In this document: in pieces, positions 52,222 to 64,000 of the stretch | Position numbering within the stretch: position 1 is the first letter of the stretch | Layout: every line of letters starts with the position of its first letter | Source of the DNA: Ylistrum balloti | Taxonomy: Eukaryota | Direction of reading: 5' to 3' | Assembly (NCBI RefSeq): GCF_031769215.1 | Contig: NW_026782296.1 | Span: 496,001-560,000 of the forward strand | DNA length: 64,000 nucleotides | Position numbers and translations under genes: made by a program | Notes under the pieces: generated by a model | The model's input: only the letters and a program-made list of their open reading frames with translations | Told to the model about the DNA's origin: nothing | Database searches by the model: none

Positions 52222-53622
52222 TTAATGCTTTAGGAGTAATGTAAATAAGACAACAAGTTCTAAAACGTTAAACACGAGAAAAATGGTAAAAAATTTCCTG
52301 TCCATATTTAAGGCTGTTTCCTGCCATACGTTTGTATCAATACCCATCTTAGTCTGGTCCTGAACAAAAACATCTTCTGTTTTAGCTGCACAATGCGTAT
52401 GTTCGCAGTCAGATTTCCAAGCCTCATTGTATTTGCTTGCTGTATCTCCGTTCATGAGAGATGCACCTTTATAAATTCCTATTCTGTTTCCTGATCCGAT
52501 ATCATTGGTACATCCTACTTTTGGTTGCGTATCATTGTCTTCCTGTTGTTGCTGAAATATGTTATCACCCAAAGTATTTATTTGAACATGTTTCGATGGC
52601 GTCCTTTGGAATATCCACCGAAGAACTGACTGCCACCATGTTACATGGGAGTTGCAATTTGCATTATACACAGACATAACCAATACTGTCAGTATCACAG
52701 TTAACCCACTCAAAGCCAACTGAACGTTGATGTAAACTTCAAACACTGACATCGTCACTGACGAAGGTGGAATACTGTTACTTAAGCCAGATAAGAGGAA
52801 TATAAAGGTAAGAAAAATAGCTATGGCAAGACCTGTCTTTTCTCCGCTGGCCACAGGTAAAGAAAAACAAAAACAGTTTGTGAAGGATAAAATAATGATG
52901 GGGAGAATGATAGAAAAACATTTCCTTTGCCATCTTCTAGTTAAACGAACCGTGTAATGTAGACGAGTAAATAAAAGACCTTCGAAATTTATAACATCCT
53001 TTGTAACATAAGTTCCGCTTAGTTCCCATTCGCCATTTGGTTTGTACATGTTGGTATTGATTTTACTTTGTACAGGTTCCAAAGACTGCTTAGAATCATC
53101 GAAGAACCATTTTTCCATTCTAATTATACATGTTTGGATGTCGAAAGGGTATTTAGTTATATCAAAGGTACAGCTTGTCTCTGTATCTCTTCCAGGCCAC
53201 CATATCATTGTTCCATTAGAGAATATATCAAGACCCTCGGAGAATGTGTCAGTTTTAATAAGTCTTGAGTCATCTCTACCATTACCTAAAATTAAATCCG
53301 GAGTCCAAACATTTTGTATTGGAACGTGCAAACTGTTTACGCCTCCATAGTTACTAGGGTTCCACTGAAAAAACGTGTTCGTCCATATCACATGCCAGTA
53401 CACGTTAGTCACTAGAACCTGCGTGTTAACATCAAAAGAGTAAATTCCAACAAGGTACATATCTAACTTAACCCGAACAATGTCCGTTAAGTTCAATATC
53501 GGTCTCAGATGTGCCGTCTCAAATACTGCAGCCAAGTCGTCATACAGTCGTTTAGTATCTGAAAGTGTATTCGACGATACGATAGAAAAAACGAACATTG
53601 TAATAAAGACAAAAATCTGCAT
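52222..53622 (-). CDS. Intronless Cys-loop ligand-gated ion channel, nAChR-like non-alpha subunit, copy 1 (likely start MQIFVF at 53622; ORF extends to 53757)
   Basis: Signal-like N-terminus, RP motif, WTPDL, Cys-loop CTFDITKYPFDIQTC, NGEW, four TM segments, GEK before TM2; no vicinal Cys-Cys in loop C. Confidence 0.92.
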   Translation of the reverse strand: MQIFVFITMFVFSIVSSNTLSDTKRLYDDLAAVFETAHLRPILNLTDIVRVKLDMYLVGIYSFDVNTQVLVTNVYWHVIWTNTFFQWNPSNYGGVNSLHVPIQNVWTPDLILGNGRDDSRLIKTDTFSEGLDIFSNGTMIWWPGRDTETSCTFDITKYPFDIQTCIIRMEKWFFDDSKQSLEPVQSKINTNMYKPNGEWELSGTYVTKDVINFEGLLFTRLHYTVRLTRRWQRKCFSIILPIIILSFTNCFCFSLPVASGEKTGLAIAIFLTFIFLLSGLSNSIPPSSVTMSVFEVYINVQLALSGLTVILTVLVMSVYNANCNSHVTWWQSVLRWIFQRTPSKHVQINTLGDNIFQQQQEDNDTQPKVGCTNDIGSGNRIGIYKGASLMNGDTASKYNEAWKSDCEHTHCAAKTEDVFVQDQTKMGIDTNVWQETALNMDRKFFTIFLVFNVLELVVLFTLLLKH

Positions 53623-54464
53623 ATTGCTGATGTGCTGTTTTGCCACACTGATCAACGAAATAGCTATATGTCTCTTGGCTGATATTGATGCTACAACTAC
53701 AGTTGAAATTGCTAACATCCAGGTATTATAAGGATTACCAGTAAAATGCTTTTTCATAAACTATTGATTTTGTCGACCAAAAAAATTCTGAAAAAAATAT
53801 CTGGTCATCTATTTCTCCCAATACAAAATCTAGATTTGAATGATTTCTGAACGAAACTCTGTTGTTCATAGAAGCACTTCAATGGCAATGATCGAAGCAT
53901 ACTATTATGAAAATTTGAGAAGATGAAATAGATAAAAACAAAACCCATTAATGCCAACATTTAGACTAATTGCTAGCTTCGTATCAAGTAGACCAGACGT
54001 ACTTATTAATGTTTACATAACCATTACCCTAAAACGTTATGAAATAAGGTGATATGGATTTTGACAGTACACACATGCTTCAATACGGATGTTTAATCAA
54101 GTCATATATCAATTGACAATGTATTCCTTTTTATTATATTGTTTGTTTCCATTCCAAGAATAAAAACTCCACTGTTTACGCCATTATTTCAGCTCCAATA
54201 TCATATTTTTCTATAATGATATTTTTCATATGGTTATAGTGTTTCGGTGGTAATTGTAGACGATTTAGTGACAAGACATTAATCATAGAAGTATTTACTT
54301 AGATCTATTCCCATGTTGTCTCTGCCGTTAATCGATACAGTGTGGTTTGTATTATCTACGCGGATAAAATACATAAAAATATAGCGATAAAATAGAAACA
54401 AATTTTCAGCGATCAGTTATATCTCATATAATATCAAAAGTGTTTCATTTTGCTTCATAATCGA

Positions 54465-54790
54465 TACAATATCTAGTCACTATATCTGGACAGTATGATC
54501 TGTGTATGATACATCACAATCTATAGTCACGATATCTGGACAGTGTGATCTGTGTATGATACATCACAATATATAGTCACTTTAATTAGAAAGTATGATC
54601 TGTATATGATACATCACAATATCTAGTCACCATATCTGGAAAGTATGATCTGTGTATGATGAATCAAAATATTAGTCACCATATCTGGACAGCATGATCT
54701 GTGTATGAAACATCACAATATATAGTCACTATATCTGGATAGTATGATCTGTGTATGATACATCACGATCTTTATTCACCATACCATGGC
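54465..54790. repeat. 50-bp minisatellite at the unit A/B junction
   Basis: Same unit as 39771-40110, about 6.3 copies. Confidence 0.9.
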
Positions 54791-55685
54791 ATTATATCGT
54801 ATGTCTCACAAATTGTATATTTACTGTATTGATCAGGTATGCCCCAGTATATGCTAAATGTGATCAGCATAGGATTGGTGGAAAATATGAAAAAAAGTGT
54901 ATACCCAGTTGTCATGATACATACAGATATATTCTACAGCATTCTTGCATAATATACCAATACACGTTGTATGGAAATGACAATTACAAGTTATAGAGGC
55001 CTGTCAACAGTGTATTTTAATGATTTAATATAAATTCACCCTCATTAAAAATTTTTGATTGAATTAAGATATGATTACTTTTTCAAACAATCAATTTAGA
55101 TATATTTTAAAGTAATTGAAATGTAACATTGTTTATATGTATAAATTAGAAATAATAGTATCTGTGGCATTTATTTACATCTCATCATATTAAGGTTGAC
55201 ATGATCACCAAATTGCTGAAAATTTTACCATTTGGATATTTTTGAAGAACATAATTACAGAACTCTAGAGAATGCTGACAATGAAAGTCTATATTAACAA
55301 AACAGATATTTAAACAGTTTTATTTGGAACTGGATATTTTAAAGCTCTTGATTGTTTAACAGACCTTCATAGGTCATGTATAGGTATATGTCCAGGAGTA
55401 TACATCGTCAGTCCATTTTCAATATCCTTACCGTCGACTCTATCACTTGATGAAATATTATGTAATATGTGTGTAAAATTAAGTGATCTGTAAACATAGA
55501 GAGATCTGCTTCATTTTTCTGTTCATCTGACCTATATGATAATTGGCTAACCAAAATAAGTTTGAAACAGCTTTCCTGATTAATCAATTTTGATTGCTAT
55601 AAATAGTCAATCTGGTCTTTAGGCTGATCAGTGGTCAGTGTATTGTGCGTGGTCAGTATCTGCTTTACGCCGGTCACTTTTACAG

Positions 55686-55751
55686 ACCTGCCTCCTCCCC
55701 CGCCATCTTTGTCCGAAGCCCAAGACAACAGCTATGCGGAAGACGATGAAG
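55686..55751 (+). pseudogene. Orphan copy of ABI exon 41073-41138 (DLPPPPPSLSEAQDNSYAEDDE) with intact splice sites
   Basis: Identical exon sequence with ttttacag acceptor and gtttgc donor. Confidence 0.9.
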
Positions 55752-56349
55752 GTTTGCATGTTTTTGTGTCGCACGTTTTTATTCACTGATTTAACTTTTG
55801 TTGTTTTCATGCATGTATCATAAAAATTGTTTTATGATTTCATCCATGATAAGAAAGTGAAATGTACTAATATTGTTACAAAAATATGGAAGTGAATCCA
55901 ACACTGCCTTGTAGTGAATGTTTGTTAAATATGTTGTATGTAAACCAGATCTCATGATATATGGAAACATACATAAACAGATCATTATTATTTACAGTGA
56001 AAATGTGTGAATCAGACTTGAATTATCTGTTACACACCCACATTTAATATGCAAGGAAAACTAAAAGTGACAATATATCCCAACAACAACCCAACACGAT
56101 ATTCTGTTTTAAAATCACTGGACTGTTAAAACTACAAAATAAATAGCATTATGTGAACAAAAAGTGTAAAGAATGTGTTATGAAACAATATATGATTTGT
56201 TCTACAGTGTCATTTAGGACTTTACATCGACATTTCACAAAATCTCTCAGAAAAAACAGAAGCCCTCTTCAAAGGGAGAACATACACCATTTATATTACT
56301 GTAGGTCCCATCAAAGTCCATTGTAAGTCTCATTCAAAAATCAGTGCAA

Positions 56350-57200
56350 ATATTTTAAATCTATCCTACATATGCCATCTACCCTATGATATCTATCCTA
56401 CATATGACATATGTCGTACATATGACATCTGTCCTACACGACAACTATTCTATATATGACCCTATGTTGGACATCATATATATGATATCTATCCTATATA
56501 TGGCATTGTTCATTTGCCATCTACCCTATATATGACATTTATCCTACTCATGACATATGTCCTACATATAATAGATATTATACATGACATATGTCCTATA
56601 TATGACATATTTTCTACATATGAAATCAAGCACATGACTTTTATCTTACATATGACATCCTTCATATGCCAAATATCCTACATACGACATCCTTATGCCA
56701 TCTGCCCTGCATATGACATTATCATATATAAAGCATATGACATATGTCATAAACATGACATCTATTCTACATATGACATCTATCCTATACATGGAATATA
56801 TTCTATTTATGACATTCTACATATGACATCTATCCTACATTTGTCTTCCTATATGACATCTACCCTGCATATGACATTTGTCCTACACATGAAATATATC
56901 CTACATATAACATTTATCCTACCTATGACATCTATCCTATACATGGCATATATTCTACAAATGACATTCTACATATGACATCTATCCTACATATCTCTTC
57001 CTATATGACATCTGCCTTGCATATGACATTTGTCCTACACATGGAATATATCCTACATATTACATTGATCTTACATATGACATCTATCCTATACATGGAA
57101 TATATCCTACATATAACATTGATCCTACATATGACATCTATCCTATACATGGAATATATCCTACATATGACATTTGTGAGATCTGCTTGTATTCTTGGTA
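56350..57200. repeat. Expanded degenerate ~18-19 bp tandem repeat, paralog of 42020-42560
   Basis: Direct reading; explains the low-complexity ORFs at 56514-57217. Confidence 0.85.
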
Positions 57201-58439
57201 CTGATATATTAAGTTGATTGGATGGAGGGTGGGGGTAGAGATGTTATAGTAACATCAGATTGATAACTATATCATTTTTCATTGTAATTTTTAGGGTGAA
57301 TAATTTATTGTGTTATAATATATAATCTTCTGGAGTTTCACTCAACTAAAACACTGTAAACTATATTCCCTGGAATATCATTGCAGTGATAAATCTATAT
57401 GCGAGTCCCTAGTCCTGTACTGATAGAATTTTGTTGGGGCTGGTAAATTTTTTAACTACCTAAATTTTAAATTGTGGGACCTATCGTTATAACAATAAGT
57501 TTTAAAAGGACTTGTGAAAATAAACCATAGATTGGTCACTGTCATTGAGGTAACATTATCATTGAAGTAACAGTACCATTGAGGTAACATTTCTGTACAT
57601 CTGCATGGCATTAGGTACATATGGAGTACTTTGTAACAATGTATTTACCATGACTGAAAGTGAGGACTGTGTTGCATGTTTACTTTGATGTATTACAAAT
57701 AAATATATGACGTATCCAATTTACCATTGTTTGATTTCTATTCTCTACAGTTTTTCCGTTATGTTTTCCTCCGCCATTATTCAATAGAGGACATCATTCA
57801 TTTCTATAATGTACCTCTATAACAGATTGAGTCCAGACACTGCTATTCTTGTTCTCTAACTGATCAAGCTGGAAAAATGCTCTACCTACCTGATGAGTTG
57901 ATTGTAGCTTGTAATTACCAGGGTCATAAAATTGTCCTCCAGGAAAGAATTTGTCCTGCTTTAGAGTGACAATAGCCTTTAAAACGAATCAAGTATTTCC
58001 ATCAATCTCCCTCCCTCCCCATGTCTCTACAAGGGCTCCAATGAAACATAGTTGTAAGTCATTATTTATTTCATCACCTCACTATGAATCCAACCAGGGA
58101 CCTCTGGTTTACTAGTCATGTATTCAACAGATCGAGTTAAAACAAAGTCCTATCCAGCCCCCAGGGCTAGAATGTACCAGGGATACAATCATTACTTCTT
58201 CAGGTTTTGAAAATGCTGTTCATCTGTCGTCAATCCACTCATTCTTCAGTTTCTCTTTAAGCAACTCTTGTTTATACTATTTTTCAGAAATTTTGATGGA
58301 TATTTTCTCTATGTTCTTTGTTTGCCATATTTAATTGAAAACAAGAGAATATCGATATTTAAACGAACTCATGATCCAAACTCAAAATCGATTCAGCTGA
58401 ACACCCAAAATCAGTTATAAGTACCACATGCCCGAAAAC

Positions 58440-59560
58440 AGAACCCAGAAAACACGGAAAGAAGTCTCCTAGGCATTGAGCGAAACTCCAGTTGTCTCCC
58501 TTGATCTTGGGTAACCAGTCTGACTGGCTTACTCATCAAATAACAGAGAACATCCATTCAAAGACATAGAACCCACAATACTCGAAGAGTAATGGTGAAT
58601 TACAACTTTATACAAGTAAGGTATTCAATGGAATCCTGAAAGCTTTTGATATGAATGCTTCGAATTCGAGCCTGAACGAATGTTATTATTTTTTTTTTAA
58701 CATTTGAGTAAATATGAACTTGAACTCTACCGGCAGACATATTACCAGATATACTCGACAATACCAGAAATAAAATGAAGAGTGTTATAGCATAAGAGCG
58801 TTAACCAAACGAAAGGTCTGGCTTGTAGAATAAGACCATCTTAAGTTCTTCTAAAAAATTATAGGATAAGTTGAAGATATTTCCCTTTATTCTACTGTAC
58901 GAAAGTGAAATCGATAATAGCCAAATCAGAAATACTTACATCTTTGAATGATAAGGCAATCCATTCGTCATTTAAAACGTTGTATGGTGATCCGTTTATT
59001 CTAGAAGTAGCATAAAACCTTCATTTCATTAACATGCATGCAATTGATTTTAATAATAAATGTTTTGAATTGAGTATATCTGATGGATGTATATATACTG
59101 AAGTCTGAGAGCGTTGTATAGTCTCAATAAACTATATCCGATGGACTATATACAGATGTTTCTAGTTTAAGTCTTAAGATGGACTGATATTGTGGATCAG
59201 TTATGAGGTCGCAATAACTCCTAAGTTAGATATCTTAGCAAAGTAAAAACATCGGTTTTATGCTCCCGGAACAGAGTCTCCTTATCGATTTTATTTTCAT
59301 TACATATATTTGTTACGTATTTCATTACATTTCATCCTCAAAAATAGCAGGGAATAAGAAATTCCTAGAAATTGACAAACGTCTGCAATATACTAAATAA
59401 TTATCGTTATATAACTAGGCGTTGTAAGATTAATAAAAAATGAACGACACAAGAAGATAAGAAACAAAAGCACGTGGACAAAATTAAATAATTGGTAACT
59501 GGTGACAGTTTCGGACGACTGATGTTGCACACATTTTGATTGCAGTTCTTGGGGTAATAT
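58440..59560 (-). pseudogene. Duplicate of the decayed nAChR-like pseudogene
   Basis: Collinear copy of about 50080-51230, including the ccattcgtcatt (NDEW) and TM1-TM2 segments. Confidence 0.55.
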
Positions 59561-60230
59561 GTCCAAGTTGAAAAACAGAATAACCTACTAGGTGAAGTGA
59601 AAATAAGGCAAAATGCCCCTTAAAGGAGTTTCCTGGAAATGTCTGTAAATCTGTACAAAACGAGGTAGCATTACGGAACAGTATGCAAAATGATGATGAA
59701 ATGATAGTATTAGGTTTTGATTTTTAAAAGTGCCGTTTGCATAAGAATATGAAAATACAGGTGAATTTCGAACTTTGTTAAAAATACACACATGTATATA
59801 GGAATATATATGACGAAAATATAACATTGTGCCATTCGATATTTATCGCTTTATATAAAAATAAACTCTGTTAAAGATGATCTACTCTTTAATTATTTAG
59901 GCTTTACACTAACATACAATGTACAGAAGGCAGATACGGTTGTCATCAATCTTCACTAAAGCGTATCATGAAGTATATGCTGTATATTCGTCATTACAAT
60001 AACATTTTCCAGTAAGTCACTACGATCCCTATTAAACATATTTTAGACCTTTCAGACGAATTTCGATTTAGGAAAATATTGGTGGCATTGTAAAACATCG
60101 GAATCGGTGTAATGATTTTTTTAGTACCAGTTATAACAATGGTCTGACACAATTCATTCTTCATAATTGTCATTGTCATTAATTTTTTTTCTTAACATCA
60201 AAGTTATATTTAATATGCAAAACAAAGACT

Positions 60231-61595
60231 TTAATGCTTTAGGAGTAATGTAAATAAGACAACAAGTTCTAAAACGTTAAACACGAGAAAAACTGTGAAA
60301 AATATCCTGTCCATATTTAAAGCTGTTTCCTGCCATACGTTTGTGTCAACAGCCATCTTAGTTTGGTCCTGAACAAACTCAGTTTCTGTTTTAGTTGCAC
60401 GATTCGAATGTTCTGTATCTCCGCTCATGACTGATGCGCCTCTATAAATTCCTATTCTGTTTCCTGATCCGATATCATTGGTACATCCTACTTTTGGTTG
60501 CGTATCATTGACTTCCTGTTGTTGCTGAAATATGTTATCGCCCAAAGTATTTATTTGAACATGTTTCGATGGCGTCCTTTGGAATATCCACCGAAGAACT
60601 GACTGCCACCATGTTACATGGGAGTTGCCATTTGCATTATACACAGAGATAACCAATACTGTCAGTATCACAGTTAACCCACTCAAAGCCAACTGAACGT
60701 TGATGTAAACTTCAAACACTGACATCGTCACTGACGAAGGTGGAATACTGTTACTTAAGCCAGATAAGAGGAATATAAAGGTAAGAAAAATAGCTATGGC
60801 AAGACCCGCCTTTTCTCCGCTGGCCACAGGTAAAGAAAAACAAAAACAGTTTGTGAAGGATAAAATAATGATGGGGAGAATGATAGAAAAACATTTCCTT
60901 TGCCATCTTCTAGTTAGACGAACGGTGTAATGTAGACGAGTAAATAAAAGACCTTCGAAATTTATAACATCCTTTGTAACATAAGTTCCGCTTAGTTCCC
61001 ATTCGCCATTTGGTTTGTACATGTTGGTATTGATTTTACTTTGTACAGGTTCCAAAGACTGCTTAGAATCATCGAAGAACCATTTTTCCATTCTAATTAT
61101 ACATGTTTGGATGTCGAAAGGGTATTTAGTTATATCAAAGGTACAGCTTGTCTCTGTATCTCTTCCAGGCCACCATATCATTGTTCCATTAGAGAATATA
61201 TCAAGACCCTCGGAGAATGTGTCAGTTTTAATTAGTCTTGAGTCATCTCTACCATTACCTAAAATTAAATCCGGAGTCCAAACATTTTGTATTGGAACGT
61301 GCAAACTGTTTACGCCTCCATAGTTACTAGGGTTCCACTGAAAAAATGTGTTCGTCCATATCACATGCCAGTGCACGTTAGTCACTAGAACCTGCGTGTT
61401 AACATCAAAAGAGTAAATTCCAACAAGGTACATATCTAACTTAACCCGAACAATGTCCGTTAAGTTCAATATCGGTCTCAGATGTGCCGTCTCAAATACT
61501 GCAGCCAAGTCGTCATACAGTCGTTTAGTATCTGAAAGTGTATTCGACGATACGATAGAAAAAACGAACATTGTAATAAAGACAAAAATCTGCAT
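60231..61595 (-). CDS. Intronless nAChR-like non-alpha subunit, copy 2 (likely start at 61595; ORF extends to 61730)
   Basis: Same architecture as copy 1; nearly identical up to the cytoplasmic loop, then divergent with a 12-aa deletion. Confidence 0.92.
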   Translation of the reverse strand: MQIFVFITMFVFSIVSSNTLSDTKRLYDDLAAVFETAHLRPILNLTDIVRVKLDMYLVGIYSFDVNTQVLVTNVHWHVIWTNTFFQWNPSNYGGVNSLHVPIQNVWTPDLILGNGRDDSRLIKTDTFSEGLDIFSNGTMIWWPGRDTETSCTFDITKYPFDIQTCIIRMEKWFFDDSKQSLEPVQSKINTNMYKPNGEWELSGTYVTKDVINFEGLLFTRLHYTVRLTRRWQRKCFSIILPIIILSFTNCFCFSLPVASGEKAGLAIAIFLTFIFLLSGLSNSIPPSSVTMSVFEVYINVQLALSGLTVILTVLVISVYNANGNSHVTWWQSVLRWIFQRTPSKHVQINTLGDNIFQQQQEVNDTQPKVGCTNDIGSGNRIGIYRGASVMSGDTEHSNRATKTETEFVQDQTKMAVDTNVWQETALNMDRIFFTVFLVFNVLELVVLFTLLLKH

Positions 61596-62443
61596 ATTGC
61601 TGATGTGCTGTTTTGCCACACTGATCAACGAAATAGCTATATGTCTCTTGGCTGATATTGATGCTACAACTACAGTTGAAATTGCTAACATCCAGGTATT
61701 ATAAGGATTACCAGTAAAATGCTTTTTCATAAACTATTGATTTTGTCGACCAAAAAAATTCTGAAAAAAATATCTGGTCATCTATTTCTCCCAATACAAA
61801 ATCTAGATTTGAATGATTTCTGAACGAAACTCTGTTGTTCATAGAAGCACTTCAATGGCAATGATCGAAGCATACTATTATGAAAATTTGAGAAGATGAA
61901 ATAGATAAAAACAAAACCCATTAATGCCAACATTTAGACTAATTGCTAGCTTCGTATCAAGTAGACCAGACGTACTTATTAATGTTTACATAACCATTAC
62001 CCTAAAACGTTATGAAATAAGGTGATATGGATTTTGACAGTACACACATGCTTCAATACGGATGTTTAATCAAGTCACATATCAATTGACAATGTATTCC
62101 TTTTTATTATATTGTTTGTTTCCATTCCAAGAATAAAAACTCCACTGTTTACGCCATTATTTCAGCTCCAATATCATATTTTTCTATAATGATATTTTTC
62201 ATATGGTTATAGTGTTTCGGTGGTAATTGTAGACGATTTAGTGACAAGACATTAATCATAGTAGTATTTACTTACATCTATTCCCATGTTGTCTCTGCCG
62301 TTAATCGATACAATGTGGTTTGTATTATCTAAGCGGATAAAATACATAAAAATATAGCGATAAAATAGAAACAAATTTTCAGCGATCAGTTATATCTCAT
62401 ATAATATCAAAAGTGTTTCATTTTGCTTCATAATCGATACAAT

Positions 62444-64000
62444 ATCTAGTCACTATATCTGGACAGTATGATCTGTGTATGATACATCACAATCTATAGT
62501 CACGATATCTGGACAGTGTGATCTGTGTATGATACATCACAATATATAGTCACTTTAATTAGAAAGTATGATCTGTATATGATACATCACAATATCTAGT
62601 CACCATATCTGGAAAGTATGATCTGTGTATGATGAATCAAAATATTAGTCACCATATCTGGACAGCATGATCTGTGTATGAAACATCACAATATATAGTC
62701 ACCATATCTGGATAGTATTATCTGTGTATGATACATCACAATATATAGTCACCATATCTTGGCATTATATCGTATGTCTCACAAATTGTATATTTACTGT
62801 ATTGATCAGGTATGCCCCAGTATATGCTAAATGTGATCAGTATAGGATTGGTGGAAAATATGAAAAAAAGTGTATACCCAGTTGTCATGATACATACAGA
62901 TATATTCTACAGCATTCTTGCATAATATACCAATACACGTTGTATGGAAATGACAATTACAAGTTATAGAGGCCTGTCAACAGTGTATTTTAATGATTTA
63001 ATATAAATTCACCCTCATTAAAAATTTTTGATTGAATTAAGATATGATTACTTTTTCAAACAATCAATTTAGATATATTTTAAAGTAATTGAAATGTAAC
63101 ATTGTTTATATGTATAAATTAGAAATAATAGTATCTGTGGCATTTATTTACATCTCATCATATTAAGGTTGACATGATCACCAAATTGCTGAAAATTTTA
63201 CCATTTGGATATTTTTGAAGAACATAATTACAGAACTCTAGAGAATGCTGACAATGAAAGTCTATATTAACAAAACAGATATTTAAACAGTTTTATTTGG
63301 AACTGGATATTTTAAAGCTCTTGATTGTTTAACAGACCTTCATAGGTCATGTATAGGTATATGTCCAGGAGTATACATCGTCAGTCCATTTTCAATATCC
63401 TTACCGTCGACTCTATCACTTGATGAAATATTATGTAATATGTGTGTAAAATTAAGTGATCTGTAAACATAGAGAGATCTGCTTCATTTTTCTGTTCATC
63501 TGACCTATATGATAATTGGCTAACCAAAATAAGTTTGAAACAGCTTTCCTGATTAATCAATTTTGATTGCTATAAATAGTCAATCTGGTCTTTAGGCTGA
63601 TCAGTGGTCAGTGTATTGTGCGTGGTCAGTATCTGCTTTACGCCGGTCACTTTTACAGACCTGCCTCCTCCCCCGCCATCTTTGTCCGAAGCCCAAGACA
63701 ACAGCTATGCGGAAGACGATGAAGGTTTGCATGTTTTTGTGTCGCACGTTTTTATTCACTGATTTAACTTTTGTTGTTTTCATGCATGTATCATAAAAAT
63801 TGTTTTATGATTTCATCCATGATAAGAAAGTGAAATGTACTAATATTGTTACAAAAATATGGAAGTGAATCCAACACTGCCTTGTAGTGAATGTTTGTTA
63901 AATATGTTGTATGTAAACCAGATCTCATGATATATGGAAACATACATAAACAGATCATTATTATTTACAGTGAAAATGTGTGAATCAGACTTGAATTATC
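62444..64000 (+). repeat. Start of duplication unit C, near-identical to unit B, running off the window; begins with the 50-bp minisatellite (62444-62765)
   Basis: 62444-64000 matches about 54465-56025 with only a handful of differences. Confidence 0.92.
63659..63724 (+). pseudogene. Third copy of ABI exon 41073-41138
   Basis: Identical exon sequence and splice sites. Confidence 0.9.

Larger units (their letters stand above)
54465..62443 (+). repeat. Segmental duplication unit B (~7.97 kb): deleted mosaic copy of 39785-54465
   Basis: Approximate collinear blocks: 54465-55143 with 39785-40460; 55325-56225 with 40693-41627; 56260-57217 with 41925-42570; 57225-58432 with 46025-47215; 58440-59805 with 50080-51480; 59822-62443 with 51797-54465. 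Confidence 0.92.

Noticed and set aside
53623-53757. 45-aa N-terminal extension of the receptor ORFs
   Set aside because: The downstream Met begins a normal signal-like hydrophobic stretch. The extension is probably 5' UTR, though an upstream start is not excluded.
56514-57217. 154-aa and 80-aa ORFs with HMT/YDI repeats
   Set aside because: Translations of the degenerate 18-19 bp tandem repeat.

Overview
AT-rich eukaryotic genomic window, most likely from a bivalve mollusc. The repeat families resemble those of scallops, which is an inference from remembered repeat sequences and not a database result. Genes from left to right: an intronless small heat-shock protein with perfect HSEs (+), a 5'-incomplete RBM18-like gene (+, 5 coding exons traced), TRMT1L (+, 8 exons, 470 aa), an intronless TRIM RING/B-box/coiled-coil/NHL-like gene (-, 778 aa), and Abl-interactor ABI (+, 8 core exons, 468 aa). 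The right end holds a tandemly expanding cluster of intronless non-alpha nicotinic-receptor-like (Cys-loop) genes (-): two intact copies and two decayed copies that the ORF track does not show. The cluster is built from a ~7.97 kb mosaic unit that carries pieces of the ABI intron, including an orphan ABI exon, and its junctions lie in a 50-bp minisatellite. The second receptor copy looks like an unequal-crossover chimera. Other highlights are a TRMT1L whose DP(Y/F)G motif reads HPYN, a TRMT1L stop codon supplied by a minisatellite, a 40-bp palindromic TIR element with a 7-bp target-site duplication, and a x4 amplification joining a mobile-element end to a tRNA-like sequence. All exon structures and homologies were derived by eye.
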